Positions 30,190-41,062 of a DNA stretch of 64,000 nucleotides are shown here, piece after piece. The notes under the pieces are model-generated. The model searched no databases. It saw nothing but the letters and a program-made list of their open reading frames with translations, and had not been told where the DNA came from. How positions within the stretch are numbered: position 1 is the first letter of the stretch; every line of letters starts with the position of its first letter. A program made the translations under genes and the position numbers. Source of the DNA: an uncultured Chloroflexia bacterium (GTDB lineage Bacteria; Chloroflexota; Anaerolineae; JAAYZQ01); assembly GCA_963700285.1 (NCBI GenBank), contig CAVOXA010000010.1, forward strand, positions 256,001 through 320,000, read 5' to 3'.

Positions 30190-30239
30190 GGACCTCGGAG
30201 GTTTTTCAGTGAATCGAATCATTCGCAACTTTGAGGTCC
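30190..30239. repeat. GACCTCGGAGGT-family REP-like hairpin
   Basis: ggacctcggaggtt...aactttgaggtcc; near-identical to 31640-31687. Confidence 0.75.
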
Positions 30240-30258
30240 GAGAAGATCGGAGGGAACC

Positions 30259-31626
30259 TTGAAGACGCTAGATCTCATCGTACAGGGAGACGTCGTTCTC
30301 CCGGAAGGAACCATCAAGGATGGCATCATCGGCATCCTCGATGGAAGGATCGCAGGCATCTTTGACGAAGCGGTGGACCCACCCCATCAGGATGCCGTTC
30401 GGGTACCAGGCCAGTATGTCCTGCCGGGCATGATCGACGGCCACGTACACTGCTTCAGCACACCCAACGAAGGCTTTACCGATGCCACCAGGGCCGCGGC
30501 CGCCGGCGGCGTTACCACCATCATCGAGATGCCCTACGACCTGGGCCGGCCGGTCATGTCCCGGGACCAATTCCTGGACAAACGGCAGCGCCTGGAGGCA
30601 GAGAGCCTTATCGATGTGGCCCTGCTGGCAACGATCAAAAAGACGGGGGGCCTGGATCAGATTCCGCTGATGGCCGAGGCGGGCGCCTGCGGCATCAAGG
30701 CATCCCTCTTTGAGACGGACCCAGATCGCTTTCCCCGGATCCCTGATTATGAGCTGTTCAGGGCCTTTGAACTGATCCGCGAAACAGGGCTGCCCATTGG
30801 GCTGCACGCGGAGAATGACGAACTGGTTCAATGGACCACCAAGCAGGCTCGGGTCGACGGTTCTGACCCAGCAGCGCACTGCAGAAGCCGGCCCGAAATC
30901 GTCGAATCCAGCGCCGTGGTCAAGGCATTGGAGCTTGCCCATGCGACCGGAGTCCGCCTCCATATCTACCACGCCAGCTTTGCCCGCATCTTTGAACTCG
31001 TGGATTGGTACCGGCAGCAGGGTACGAAGGTCACTGCCGAGACCTGCACGCACTATTTGACACTGGCCGAGGAGGATATGGCCCGCCTAAAAGCGAAAGG
31101 CAAGATCAATCCCCCGCTGCGTCCCGCGGCGGAGCACGAAAAACTGTGGGCGCTATGCGCCTCGGGCCAGGTAGATATGCTTACGTCCGATCACGCGCCC
31201 TGGCTGGCTGAATACAAGACGCATCCCAACATCTTTGACAACGCCTCAGGCGCGCCTGGCGTACAGACCATCGTCCCCATGATCTACAGCGAGGGAGTGG
31301 CCAAAGGGCGGCTGACCATCCACGATATGGTCCGGCTCTTGTCACAGAAGCCGGCGGAGATCTTTGGCCTCGCACCCCGCAAAGGGCAGATCCGCGTCGG
31401 GGCAGATGCGGATCTCACAATCATCGATCCCAATGCCGAATGGGTGCTAGATGACGCGGACCAGCTCTCTTCGGCCGGCTGGAGCCCCTATCACGGCTGG
31501 TCGATGACGGGAAAGGTGAGCAAGACCATCCTGCGCGGCCAGGTTGTTTTTGACGGCGAGCAGGTATTGGCAGAGCCGGGGACAGGAAATTTTGTGCCGG
31601 GAAAGCACAGCCCGGGTATTGCATAG
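30259..31626 (+). CDS. Allantoinase/hydantoinase-like cyclic amidohydrolase
   Basis: DGHVH, GGVTTIIEMP, K, HAE, H, ETC.HYL, KINPPLR and SDHAP motifs. Confidence 0.9.
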   Translation: MKTLDLIVQGDVVLPEGTIKDGIIGILDGRIAGIFDEAVDPPHQDAVRVPGQYVLPGMIDGHVHCFSTPNEGFTDATRAAAAGGVTTIIEMPYDLGRPVMSRDQFLDKRQRLEAESLIDVALLATIKKTGGLDQIPLMAEAGACGIKASLFETDPDRFPRIPDYELFRAFELIRETGLPIGLHAENDELVQWTTKQARVDGSDPAAHCRSRPEIVESSAVVKALELAHATGVRLHIYHASFARIFELVDWYRQQGTKVTAETCTHYLTLAEEDMARLKAKGKINPPLRPAAEHEKLWALCASGQVDMLTSDHAPWLAEYKTHPNIFDNASGAPGVQTIVPMIYSEGVAKGRLTIHDMVRLLSQKPAEIFGLAPRKGQIRVGADADLTIIDPNAEWVLDDADQLSSAGWSPYHGWSMTGKVSKTILRGQVVFDGEQVLAEPGTGNFVPGKHSPGIA

Positions 31627-31639
31627 ACCTCTAGCGCCA

Positions 31640-31687
31640 AGACCTGGGAGGTTTCATTGAATCGAAGATTCGCAACCTCCGAGATCT
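31640..31687. repeat. GACCTCGGAGGT-family REP-like hairpin
   Basis: agacctgggaggtt...aacctccgagatct. Confidence 0.75.
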
Positions 31688-31713
31688 AGGCTTTTGTTGG
31701 GAGCAGGAGCAGA

Positions 31714-32961
31714 ATGCAAGCAGATTCTTTCCGCGAGATTCCAAATGCCGAACGACTGGCAGCCGACATCGAAACCTTGGCGGCCATTACCAACCCGGAG
31801 CAGCCTTATACCCGCCGGCCCTTTACCGAACTCTTCCAGAGGGGCAGGCAGTGGCTTCGAAAAGAGATGGAGGCAGCAGGGCTGAGCGTAACCCTGGACG
31901 CGGCCGGCAACCTGGTGGGCAGGCAGGCAGGCCACGAGGACCTGCCACCTCTGATGATCGGTTCCCACACCGACACTGTGGCCGGGGGCGGGCGCTTTGA
32001 CGGTGTCATCGGAATTGTCGGGGGGCTAGAGATCGTCCGCTGCCTCAATGAGCTAGGCATCCGCCTGCGACACCCGCTGGAGGTCGTAGATTTTCTGGCC
32101 GAGGAGCCCACCGACTTTGGCGTGTCCACCGTGGGCAGTCGGGGGATGGTTGGCGCCCTGTCTCCAGAACTCTTGGCCAAGACGAATGAGCAAGGACGCC
32201 CACTGTCCGAGGCGCTCGCCGAACTAGGGGGGCGCCCGGAGGAGGTTCCCGGTAAAGTGCGACATCGCGGCGACATCGCGGCCTATCTGGAAATGCACAT
32301 CGAGCAGGGGCCAGTCCTGGATCAGGCGGGGATCCCCCTGGCTTCCGTGACCGGCATCGCCGGCATCCGGCGCTTTACCGTGACCATCGATGGCGAATCC
32401 AACCACGCGGGCACTACGCCCATGGAGCTTCGCCGCGATGCGCTGGTGGCTGCGTCACGCTTTGTCATCGAGTCCGAGCTGGTATTCCGCTCAGAGGCGA
32501 ACTCGGTGGGGACGATTGGCTATATACAGATCAGTCCCAACATGGCCAACGTTGTACCCGGGCAGGCAGAACTGATCGTAGAGATGCGGAGCATCGATCC
32601 TCAGATCATTGACCGCATTGACGAGCGATTGCACCAGAAAGCGCAAGAGGTTGCTCAGGAACGGGGGATCTCTATCAGGATGAGCCCGCTGACGGATGCC
32701 ACACCGGTGCAGGCCGATCCCAGGCTGATCGAAATCACCACGCAGGCCTGCCGCCAGACGGACCCACGGGCGCTCGTACTGCCCAGCGGCGCCGGCCACG
32801 ATGCCACACAGATCGGCACCATCGCGCCCATCGGCATGATTTTTGTTCCGAGCCGCAACGGCATCAGCCACAATCCTGCAGAATGGACGGACATGGAGGA
32901 TATCGCCCTGGGCGTCCAGGCCATGGCGCGGGCCCTGGTCCTCGCCGACGAGGCTTTCTAG
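31714..32961 (+). CDS. N-carbamoyl-L-amino acid hydrolase/allantoate amidohydrolase (M20)
   Basis: GSHTD, GGRFDG, EE, EMHIEQGP, NHAGTTPM, SGAGHD and SHNP.E motifs. Confidence 0.93.
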   Translation: MQADSFREIPNAERLAADIETLAAITNPEQPYTRRPFTELFQRGRQWLRKEMEAAGLSVTLDAAGNLVGRQAGHEDLPPLMIGSHTDTVAGGGRFDGVIGIVGGLEIVRCLNELGIRLRHPLEVVDFLAEEPTDFGVSTVGSRGMVGALSPELLAKTNEQGRPLSEALAELGGRPEEVPGKVRHRGDIAAYLEMHIEQGPVLDQAGIPLASVTGIAGIRRFTVTIDGESNHAGTTPMELRRDALVAASRFVIESELVFRSEANSVGTIGYIQISPNMANVVPGQAELIVEMRSIDPQIIDRIDERLHQKAQEVAQERGISIRMSPLTDATPVQADPRLIEITTQACRQTDPRALVLPSGAGHDATQIGTIAPIGMIFVPSRNGISHNPAEWTDMEDIALGVQAMARALVLADEAF

Positions 32962-32987
32962 AGCTGCGGAGCCCTGGCTTTGCATCC

Positions 32988-33033
32988 AGCCTTGCGAAGG
33001 CTCAACGAACGTGGTTCGCGCCTTCGCAAGGCT
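32988..33033. terminator. Hairpin between convergent genes
   Basis: AGCCTTGCGAAGGC / GCCTTCGCAAGGCT. Confidence 0.6.
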
Positions 33034-33038
33034 GTTTT

Positions 33039-34034
33039 CTATGGCAGGGTGATGGTCTCTTCTGTTTCGGCTGAACGGTAGATAGCCAGAACGACCTCCA
33101 AGGACTTTAGGCCGTCGTTGGCAGTTATGGCCGGTTCGCGGTCCTCCTGAATGGCCGCGACAAACTCCTCCGCCTGCCGGCAAAAGTTATAGTGCTGGCC
33201 TAGCCGGCTAGCAGAGGTCTGAGTTTCCAGCCGGGTCTGCAGGCTGTTGCTGCTCACCTCCACCGCTTCGCGGGTGACGCGCAGCATCCCCTCGGTGCCA
33301 AAGATCTCGGTCTCCCACACAGACGGTTGGGCCCAGTAGGCGGGCGCGTTGGCTGTGGATGTGGCTACGGCGCCGCTGGCAAAGGTCAGCAGGGCTACGG
33401 CTCCATCCTCTACCTCAGAGTCCGGATCCCAGCGACGAACCTGGGCCGTGACGGAGGTGACCTCACTGCCCACCAGCCAGCGCAGGCGATCTATGGCGTG
33501 GATGGCGGTGTACATCATCACCCCGCCGCCGGCAGCCTCTTTCTGGGCCACCCAGGCGGGCAGCTCCGGTTTGCGCGGGGCATTCATCACGCTGCGAACC
33601 ACCTGGGGGAGGCCCACGCGGCCCTCGTCCAGCCACTGCTTTGCGAACTGGGCCTCGTCGCGAAAGCGGTGAACAAAGCTCATGGTCAGTTTGACACCTG
33701 CTGCCTGGCATAACTCGACGATGCGCCGGCCATCGTCGATGGTAGTGGCGATGGGCTTTTCCATCAGCACGTGGACGCCCTGCTCGGTGGCGGCCTCTGT
33801 GGGTTCCACATGCATATTGTGCGGGAGCCCCACCACGAGGATATCCAGGTCAAGGTCCATCAGGCGCCGCCAATCGGCGACGGCAACTCCACCAAAGCGA
33901 TCCGCCAGCGCCCCGGCCCGTTCTACGACGATATCGGCTGTGCCGGCGATGGTGGCTCCCTCCGTCGCCGCAAAGGCAATTGCGTGGCGCTCGCCCACCT
34001 GGCCCGCGCCAATGATTCCTACGCGCAATGTCAT
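33039..34034 (-). CDS. Gfo/Idh/MocA oxidoreductase
   Basis: GIIGAG, EKP and GGG.....IH.ID motifs. Confidence 0.93.
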   Translation of the reverse strand: MTLRVGIIGAGQVGERHAIAFAATEGATIAGTADIVVERAGALADRFGGVAVADWRRLMDLDLDILVVGLPHNMHVEPTEAATEQGVHVLMEKPIATTIDDGRRIVELCQAAGVKLTMSFVHRFRDEAQFAKQWLDEGRVGLPQVVRSVMNAPRKPELPAWVAQKEAAGGGVMMYTAIHAIDRLRWLVGSEVTSVTAQVRRWDPDSEVEDGAVALLTFASGAVATSTANAPAYWAQPSVWETEIFGTEGMLRVTREAVEVSSNSLQTRLETQTSASRLGQHYNFCRQAEEFVAAIQEDREPAITANDGLKSLEVVLAIYRSAETEETITLP

Positions 34035-34115
34035 GATCTACCCTCCATGAAAACTCGACCCGTTGCAGGGTTCCAGGCCTCAGACCTCCGAGGTCTGGTT
34101 GTGCGATCCAGATGT

Positions 34116-35393
34116 TCAGGCGGCTGACGGCCTGAGTCTAACACCGAATTGCAGCACACCCAAGCTCAGGAAGAAAAGGAATGTGGCAGCGTAAAAGATA
34201 ACGACCAGCCCGAAGGCGTCGCCAATGGACGCCGCGGCGAGAGGCGCCACGGCCCCTACGAGGCTGCCGGGCAGGAAGAACAGAGCAAAGGCCAGCCCCC
34301 GTTGTTTTCCAGGCGACAGCTTGGCCATGATCGCGGCAGTGGCCGCCATACCCAGAAAAGTCAAGAAGCCATAGGTCAGGTACAGAACAACAAAGCCCAC
34401 ATTGTTGGGAATGAGGAAAGCCAAGGCATAGCACACGTAGGACAGCGACAGGATGAAGAGAAGCCACCTCTTCTCTCCGTACCGTACGGCAAAAAAGCCA
34501 CCCAACACGGCGCCGGCGATCCCCACCAGCGTGTTGAGCCCGATGAGCGTACTGGCCGTAGGTCCAGAGAACGCCCTGTCGTCGACCATGTACAGGGCCA
34601 TGAAAGACTGGCTCATCGAGGTGGCCATCGACTTTACGGCAATGTAAATCAGGAACATGATCATGCTGGGCGTGAGCAGCGAAGAGAACCCAGCCTTGGG
34701 TGTACCAGCGGCGGTGACTACCCCCACGTCATCTTTTGGCGCGGATCGGAGGAACAGCACAGATACGATACCCAGTAGAAGGGGCAAGGCCCAAAACAGG
34801 TACACCTGCCGCCAACCGAAGGCAAAGACCCCCATCAAGATGGTGATTGAAAGGGGGCCAAGGGCCACGCCCAAAGTCCCACCGGCTCCGTGAAAGCCCA
34901 ACGCCTTGAGCCTGGCCCTGGGTTCGAAAAGCCTGGTGACAAAACTATAGGCTGCGGGGTGGTACACCGTAGTGTTGATGTACACGAGGCTGACAGCGAC
35001 GATCAACACGACAGGGGTGAGGGCCTGACTGGCCAGAAGAGCACCCGCGGTGGCGATAGCGAGAGCAACTACGATCATCAGCCTGGAACCGAACCTATCA
35101 GACAGCAAACCCGTAGGGATAGACAGGAGCGCCTGGCAGAGAGCAGGAATGGCAGCGATGAGGCCCAGTTGCTGGAGCGATAGGCTGAATTCGACCTGAA
35201 GGACAGGGAATAGCGTCGTGTGGATGCGGGTAAACACGTGCGTGAGCATGTGCGTCATGGTCATGACGAGCAGCCCATAACTGAATATCGATCTGTTACC
35301 CGCTACGGCGTCGGCTGTCCTACCAACCCAACCACGCCCCGCCGTTGGGGCACTCCCTTGATCGTCGTCAACGACGCTCGGAGCCATAGTCAC
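34116..35393 (-). CDS. MFS transporter
   Basis: About 12 TM segments; GLLSDRFGSR and YHPAA motifs. Confidence 0.92.
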   Translation of the reverse strand: MTMAPSVVDDDQGSAPTAGRGWVGRTADAVAGNRSIFSYGLLVMTMTHMLTHVFTRIHTTLFPVLQVEFSLSLQQLGLIAAIPALCQALLSIPTGLLSDRFGSRLMIVVALAIATAGALLASQALTPVVLIVAVSLVYINTTVYHPAAYSFVTRLFEPRARLKALGFHGAGGTLGVALGPLSITILMGVFAFGWRQVYLFWALPLLLGIVSVLFLRSAPKDDVGVVTAAGTPKAGFSSLLTPSMIMFLIYIAVKSMATSMSQSFMALYMVDDRAFSGPTASTLIGLNTLVGIAGAVLGGFFAVRYGEKRWLLFILSLSYVCYALAFLIPNNVGFVVLYLTYGFLTFLGMAATAAIMAKLSPGKQRGLAFALFFLPGSLVGAVAPLAAASIGDAFGLVVIFYAATFLFFLSLGVLQFGVRLRPSAA

Positions 35394-35466
35394 CCTCCCT
35401 TAATCTGCCGCGTCCCAGGCCAACCCGGATGCCGGTCAGATTCGAGCACTGTTCTGTCGCCAGCAA

Positions 35467-36084
35467 TCAGTGCGGTCTTTTGATCTCCAACACATAGGGT
35501 CTGTGGGCTGCTGTGCTGTGGAATTCTTTCCAGAAACCCAGCGATTCCTCCGGGGTCAGCAGACGTGTCAGCTTCAAGTAGACGGGATCCGCGCCCGGAA
35601 AAACAAAGGTAGGCGCACCAAACACGTCCAGCCCTTCGGCCCGCGAATGGTCTTTGGCCAGGCGATGCAGACAGGTTGGATCGACGAGCGCCTGCTCAAA
35701 GGCGGCCATATCGAGGCCGACCTGCGCTGCTACCGCGCGCAGCATCTCGGGCTCGCCCAGCTTTTGGCCCCGCTGATGTCTTTCGCGCAGCAAGGCTAGA
35801 TGAAAGCGTCGGAAAGCCTCTTCGCCCTGGCGCCGCGCCGCCTCAGCAGCCCAGAAAGCGCGAAGAGCCATGGCATAGCTCGACTCTTCCCAATCCTCGC
35901 CGCTCAGAGGCTGTTCCCAGACCTTCCAGGTATCCCCATTCTCATGATTCACCTGGTGCAGCGAGAAGAAACACCAGTGGATATCGAGTTCACCCGGCAA
36001 CGCCTCGTCAACACTCAGGAGCCACTCCGTGGCCCGATAAACGTACGGTCACACATAATCATAGTAGACATCAAATTCAATCAT
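35467..36084 (-). CDS. DsbA/FrnE-like thioredoxin-fold selenoprotein (Sec at codon 12)
   Basis: GGGAGG RBS and ATG at 36084; MIEFDVYYDYV-TGA-PYVYRA is in frame with the ORF at 35467-36000; SECIS-like hairpin; GAPTF cis-Pro loop. Confidence 0.85.
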
Positions 36085-36169
36085 GCATCCCTCCCAATTC
36101 CAGATCCCTCAGTGACCCGATTTGCCCGCGTTGCGGGGCCCGGCCAGGTGAGAAGCCTTGGCGTCGTAC

Positions 36170-37547
36170 TCAAGACGTGCGGTCCGCAAACTCCTGGAAG
36201 ATCGTCGCCGCGAACTTGATGCCCTGCATGTAGCGGTCGACGGGCATGTTCTCATTGGGCGCGTGCAGGTTGTTGTCGGGAGCGCCAAAACCACTCAGCA
36301 CCGCCGGGTGCGGAATGTGGATCATGATGATGCCCTGGGTGCTGACACCGGCGACCATCGGCGGCTCGCCCCAGACGCGCTCGGCGGCGTGGATGATGGC
36401 CTGGCTGATGGCCTCGCGTACGGGCGTCTTGTACGGATTGGGACGCGCCGCGCGCACGACGATCTCGACGTCGTCAAAGCCGTGCTTTTCCAGGTGCGCT
36501 TCCAGCTTCTTGAGCTGATCCAGCGGCTCCAGGTTGGGCGGGCAGCGAAAGTCGAGCTTGGCCGAAGCCTGGGTGGGCACGATGGTCTTGCTGCCCTCGC
36601 CCGTGTAGCCGGCCACCAGGCCATTGATATTGCACGATGCGCCATAGTGGATGGCCTTCAACAACTCCAGGTCATCGTCGAAGGGAAAGTCGCGGGTCAG
36701 GCCAAACTGGCGGCGCAGTATCTTCACGGTCAAAGTGGGCTCAGTTCCTCGCGCAGGTAGTACATATCATCCTCATCAGGGGGCAGCAGGTCGTCGTACC
36801 AGCCTTCGATGAGGATGCGGCCATTCGGCGTCGAACATGCTGTTCGAGACAGTGTACCAGCCGCCAGGGCGCGCTTTTGGCCTGCATCAACTGGGCCCGC
36901 CCGCTCCAAAAGTCGATCTCGTGGGTCTTGACCCGCAGTTCGACGACCAGGATGGCCTTGATGCCCAGGTGGATCTCGGGCTTGTAGGAGGTGCGATGCA
37001 CGCCGCCATCCAGCCCAATGCTGGCGTCGCACTGGCACAGGTCCTGATTGTTCAGCACCCATTCTTCGAGGTGGGGGCTGCCCATCTCCTCTTCGCCCTC
37101 AAAGAGGTAGACCAGGTTCACCGGCAGAGCGCCACGGACCTCTTTGAAGGCCCGCGCTGGCCCGGACCAGGGCCAGCACGCCCGACTTGTCGTCCGTAGC
37201 GCCCCGGGCATAGATCACGCCGTCGCGGATGTTGGCCTCAAAGGGCGGCTCGATCCATTTCTCCAGGGGCTCTGGCGGCTGGACGTCATAGTGGCCGTAG
37301 CACAGCAGCGTACTGGCGTTGGGATCCGCCGGCTTTTTCGGTGGCGTACACCAGGTCCGGCCCGCCAGGAACCGGAATGCGGCGGACATTGGTCAATGCC
37401 GTTGTCCAGCATCTGCCGCTTCAGCAGCTCCGCGCATTCGTCCAGCCCGATGTTCTGGGCGCTGATGCTCGGTTGACGGAGCAATTCTTGAAGCTCCGCG
37501 ACCTCTTCGTCGCGATGCTCTTCGATCCAATCATAGATGTCCTGCAT
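36170..37547 (-). CDS. M20 metallopeptidase (several frameshifts)
   Basis: [31 protein letters not shown] and LHAPNE motifs across frames. Confidence 0.88.
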
Positions 37548-37559
37548 GGTTATCCTCCC

Positions 37560-38937
37560 TTATTGTTGGCCATAGTACCACATGATAGCGGCCGCGTACT
37601 TGATCCCTTTGATATAGTGCTCCAGATCAACGCTCTCGTTGGGCGCGTGCAGATTGCAGTCGGGTTGGGCAAAGCCGGTGAGCACAGTGGGCATCCACAC
37701 GTGCTTGAGGATGGTGCCCTCGGCGCTGACGCCGCTGACCACCGGCGCGTTGCCAAACACCAGTTCGGCGGCCTGTATGATCGCCTGGCTGATGTCCTCC
37801 TTGACGCTGATTTTGAAGGGTGGCTCGGGCGTACCGGTCAGGAAGATCAGCTCAATGTCGCCAAAGCCGCGATCGACCAGGTGCTTGCGCAGCCTCTCGA
37901 CCGCTTTGTCGGGGTCGATATGAGGGGGTAGGCGCAGGTCCAGCTTGGCCCGGGCCTCGTTGGGCACGATGGTCTTGCCGCCTTCACCCTGGTAGCCGCT
38001 GGTCAGCCCGGCAATGTTGCAGGTCGGCTCGTACGGACTTGGCCATGAGGGCCTCTACTCCCTCGCGGCCCAGAGCAAACTGGTCAATGCCCCAGCCCTC
38101 TTTCATCTTGTCCAGGTCCAGGCGGGCAGCATTGGCCTCTAGCAGCTCGATCTCTTCCTCGCCCAGTTCGATGACCTCGTCGTACCAACCATCGACAAGA
38201 ATGCGCCTGTTTCCATCCACCAGGCTGTTGAGGGCGCGGACCAGATCCCAGGCCGGCTGAGGCAGCAATGGAGCGTTCTTGCTGTGGATGTCGGCGTTGG
38301 CTCCCCGGGCGATAAGCTCGATGAACATCACGCTTTTGAGGCCCAAGCCCACCCGGGGTACTAGTTCGCTGGTATCCACGCCACCGTCGAGGCAGTGCAT
38401 GGCATCGGCCTGCACCAACTCGGGGTTGGCCTCGATATAGGGTCCCAGGTGGGGCGATCCGATCTCCTCTTCCCCCTCGGTGATAAACTTGACGCCCACG
38501 GGCGGCTCGCCCAGGGTCTGGCACCAGGCTTTTGCCGCCTTGACAAAGGCCAGTACGCCCGATTTGTTGTCCGTCGCCCCCCTGCCCCACAGGCGGCCAT
38601 CGGCCAACTGGGCACTGTAGGGCGGATAGGTCCAAGCATCCAGCGGTTCGGGCGGCTGAACGTCATAGTGGGCATAGGCCAGCAAAATCTTGGGCGAAAG
38701 ACTGCTGGGCACATGGCCAAAGACACAGGGAGGCCCGCCCGGAAGGGGATGCGCCTTGCCATCCAATCCGTCGGCGTGCATGATCTCTACCACCAAGCCA
38801 GCGCACTCCTCAAGCCCTATCTTCTGGGCGCTGACGCTGGGCTGCTGTACCAGTCGCTGGAGATCGGCCATCGCCTCATCACGGTGGGCGTCGATCCAGT
38901 CGAACGCTGCCTGGAGTCTCGAATCAAGCTTGGTCAC
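37560..38937 (-). CDS. M20 metallopeptidase (frameshift near 38035)
   Basis: YAHYDVQP, GATDNKSG, EGEEEIGS and LHAPNE motifs. Confidence 0.9.
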
Positions 38938-38973
38938 AAGAGCTATCCTTTCTATCCCACGCAGGTCATCAGC

Positions 38974-40056
38974 CTACAGCCATACCTGCGGAATGCCGTG
39001 CTCCTGATAGAAGGCACGCATCTGTAGGCGCTGGCCGGTTCGGGCAGCCTCGATGCAAGCCCGGGTCAGGGCAAGTGTCTTGAGATGGTCTTTCCCACTG
39101 GTCTCCACGGACCGACCTGACAGCAACGCCTCGACGAACTCGGCCAGCAGGCCCCGGGTATCGTCAACAAAGTGCTCGACCGGCTCGAGTTTGACGGACA
39201 GCAGGGGCTCCGCTTCGTGCTTGAATCGTTCCCCGGTCATTGCCAACTCTGGCGAAAACCTGACTACATAAAGGTCATCGAACTGGGCCTTCTGGATCAG
39301 GACGCCGCCCGAGCAATCGGTACGCCAGCGGAAGTTGAACTCGTTCCAGGCCGCGGTCCAGGTGCCCAGGTAGTTGACACGCAAGCCGCCCTCAAAACAG
39401 AGCAGGGCCGAGACGTTGCTGTCATCCTGGTAGACACTCCAGGGCGGGTTCCAGGTATCAGCCTGGACCCAGACCACCTCACGATCGTAGCAGTAGCGCA
39501 TCAGATCCAGGTGGTGGATCGATTGCTCGAGCAGCATGGGCTGCTCCTGGGTCAGGCAATGGTCATTCAGATCGGCCCGCCTGCCGTCACGATGGCGAAG
39601 GTAGGTGAACTGGGCAAAGGAGGGTTCGCCCAACAGTCGCTGGCGGATCGCGCGCTTGATCGCCTGGTGAGCAGGCAGGTAGCGAAAATTCATGCCTACC
39701 ATCAACTGCAGGCCACGCCTCTCCGCCTCACCGACGAGGTCAAGCGCCTCGGCCAGGTCCTCGGCCAGCGGTTTCTCGGCGAGCACGTGCATGCCCCGGC
39801 GAAAAGCCAGCATGATCTGTTCGTGGTGGACCTCTGGCGGCGTGGCCAACACCATGGCATCTGGCGCTGTCGCGTCAAGAGCGACAGGCAGGCTGGTGAA
39901 ACAGGGAACCCCCTGAGGGTCAAAAAGGCCCTCCGTGTTGAGGTCTGGAAAACGGCGGTCGACGTAGGCGACAGTCTCCGCATCCGCTTCTTCGCGGATG
40001 ACCCGGGCCCATTGCCTGCCTCTGACGCCGACGCCTACCAGGACTATCCTGATCAC
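38974..40056 (-). CDS. Gfo/Idh/MocA oxidoreductase
   Basis: LVGVG.RG, EKP and IHHLD motifs; GTG start with RBS. Confidence 0.9.
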   Translation of the reverse strand: MIRIVLVGVGVRGRQWARVIREEADAETVAYVDRRFPDLNTEGLFDPQGVPCFTSLPVALDATAPDAMVLATPPEVHHEQIMLAFRRGMHVLAEKPLAEDLAEALDLVGEAERRGLQLMVGMNFRYLPAHQAIKRAIRQRLLGEPSFAQFTYLRHRDGRRADLNDHCLTQEQPMLLEQSIHHLDLMRYCYDREVVWVQADTWNPPWSVYQDDSNVSALLCFEGGLRVNYLGTWTAAWNEFNFRWRTDCSGGVLIQKAQFDDLYVVRFSPELAMTGERFKHEAEPLLSVKLEPVEHFVDDTRGLLAEFVEALLSGRSVETSGKDHLKTLALTRACIEAARTGQRLQMRAFYQEHGIPQVWL

Positions 40057-40066
40057 GCTTTTCTCC

Positions 40067-41062
40067 TTAGGTACCGGGCTCAAGTAACGTTGGATGCGCT
40101 CTGGCCCAGGCGAGATAGCTGGACAACCCTGCCCGCAGGTCATACCTGGGTACAAAGCCAAACTCAGCCGTGGCCCTGCCGATGTCCAATACACTGCGGT
40201 CGCCCTCATGGGCGACCTCTACGGCCGCCATCTGGCCTGGCAGCCGATGGCCGAAAACGAAATCTGGCTCCAGGCCGTGCAGGGTTTCCAACACCTCGCC
40301 CAGGGAGTAGGCCGCTCCAGAGGATACATTATAGACATTGTGCTCGAGTTCGGCTGCCAGAGCGAGATGCCGCCAGATCACACCCGCGTCCGCCGCGTGG
40401 GCATAACAGCGCCTATTGGCCTCTCCCCTGGCCTGGACGGGCTGCCGGTCCAGGCAGGCGCGTACCAGGGTATAGATCACAGAAGGGCGGGTCCGCGTTG
40501 CGGTAGCCCGTTCCATGGGGCCATAGATCGAGGACATCCTGCCACTCACGGTCGACAGACCAAAGAGGCTCTTGTACCGTTTCAGGATCTGCTCGCTTGC
40601 GAGTTTGCAGATGACGTACAAACCCTGGGCCTTGACAGGGCTCCGTTCAGTCACGATGGTGTCCCTGTTCTCTACAGGCGCATAGACCCCGGATGAACTC
40701 ATGAGCACAAAGCGGTCAGCCGACACGGTTCGTGCGACATCCAGCAGGCTGACAGTACCCATCAGGTTCACGTTTACAATACGCTGCGGGTTGGCGCGTT
40801 CCATCTCAGCAGTCGGTGTAATGGCGGCCCCATGGACAAGGCGCCGCACCTCGTACCTCTCGGCCATCTCCAGCACAGCGGCGGTGTCCAACACGTCAGC
40901 CGTGACGAACCGGACCCTGTCCTGCAGCCCGCCCAAAAACTGGCGGTATGCTGGGCTTGCCGGGAACAGGTCCAGGGCAATAACCGCCTCGCCCGCCTCG
41001 GCAAGGGCATAGACGACGTGAGCGCAGGCAAAGCCAGTGGCCCCAGTCACAAGTGTGGTCAT
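40067..41062 (-). CDS. NAD-dependent epimerase/dehydratase (extended SDR)
   Basis: TGATGF, SSSGVY, Y...K and YGP motifs. Confidence 0.9.
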   Translation of the reverse strand: MTTLVTGATGFACAHVVYALAEAGEAVIALDLFPASPAYRQFLGGLQDRVRFVTADVLDTAAVLEMAERYEVRRLVHGAAITPTAEMERANPQRIVNVNLMGTVSLLDVARTVSADRFVLMSSSGVYAPVENRDTIVTERSPVKAQGLYVICKLASEQILKRYKSLFGLSTVSGRMSSIYGPMERATATRTRPSVIYTLVRACLDRQPVQARGEANRRCYAHAADAGVIWRHLALAAELEHNVYNVSSGAAYSLGEVLETLHGLEPDFVFGHRLPGQMAAVEVAHEGDRSVLDIGRATAEFGFVPRYDLRAGLSSYLAWARAHPTLLEPGT

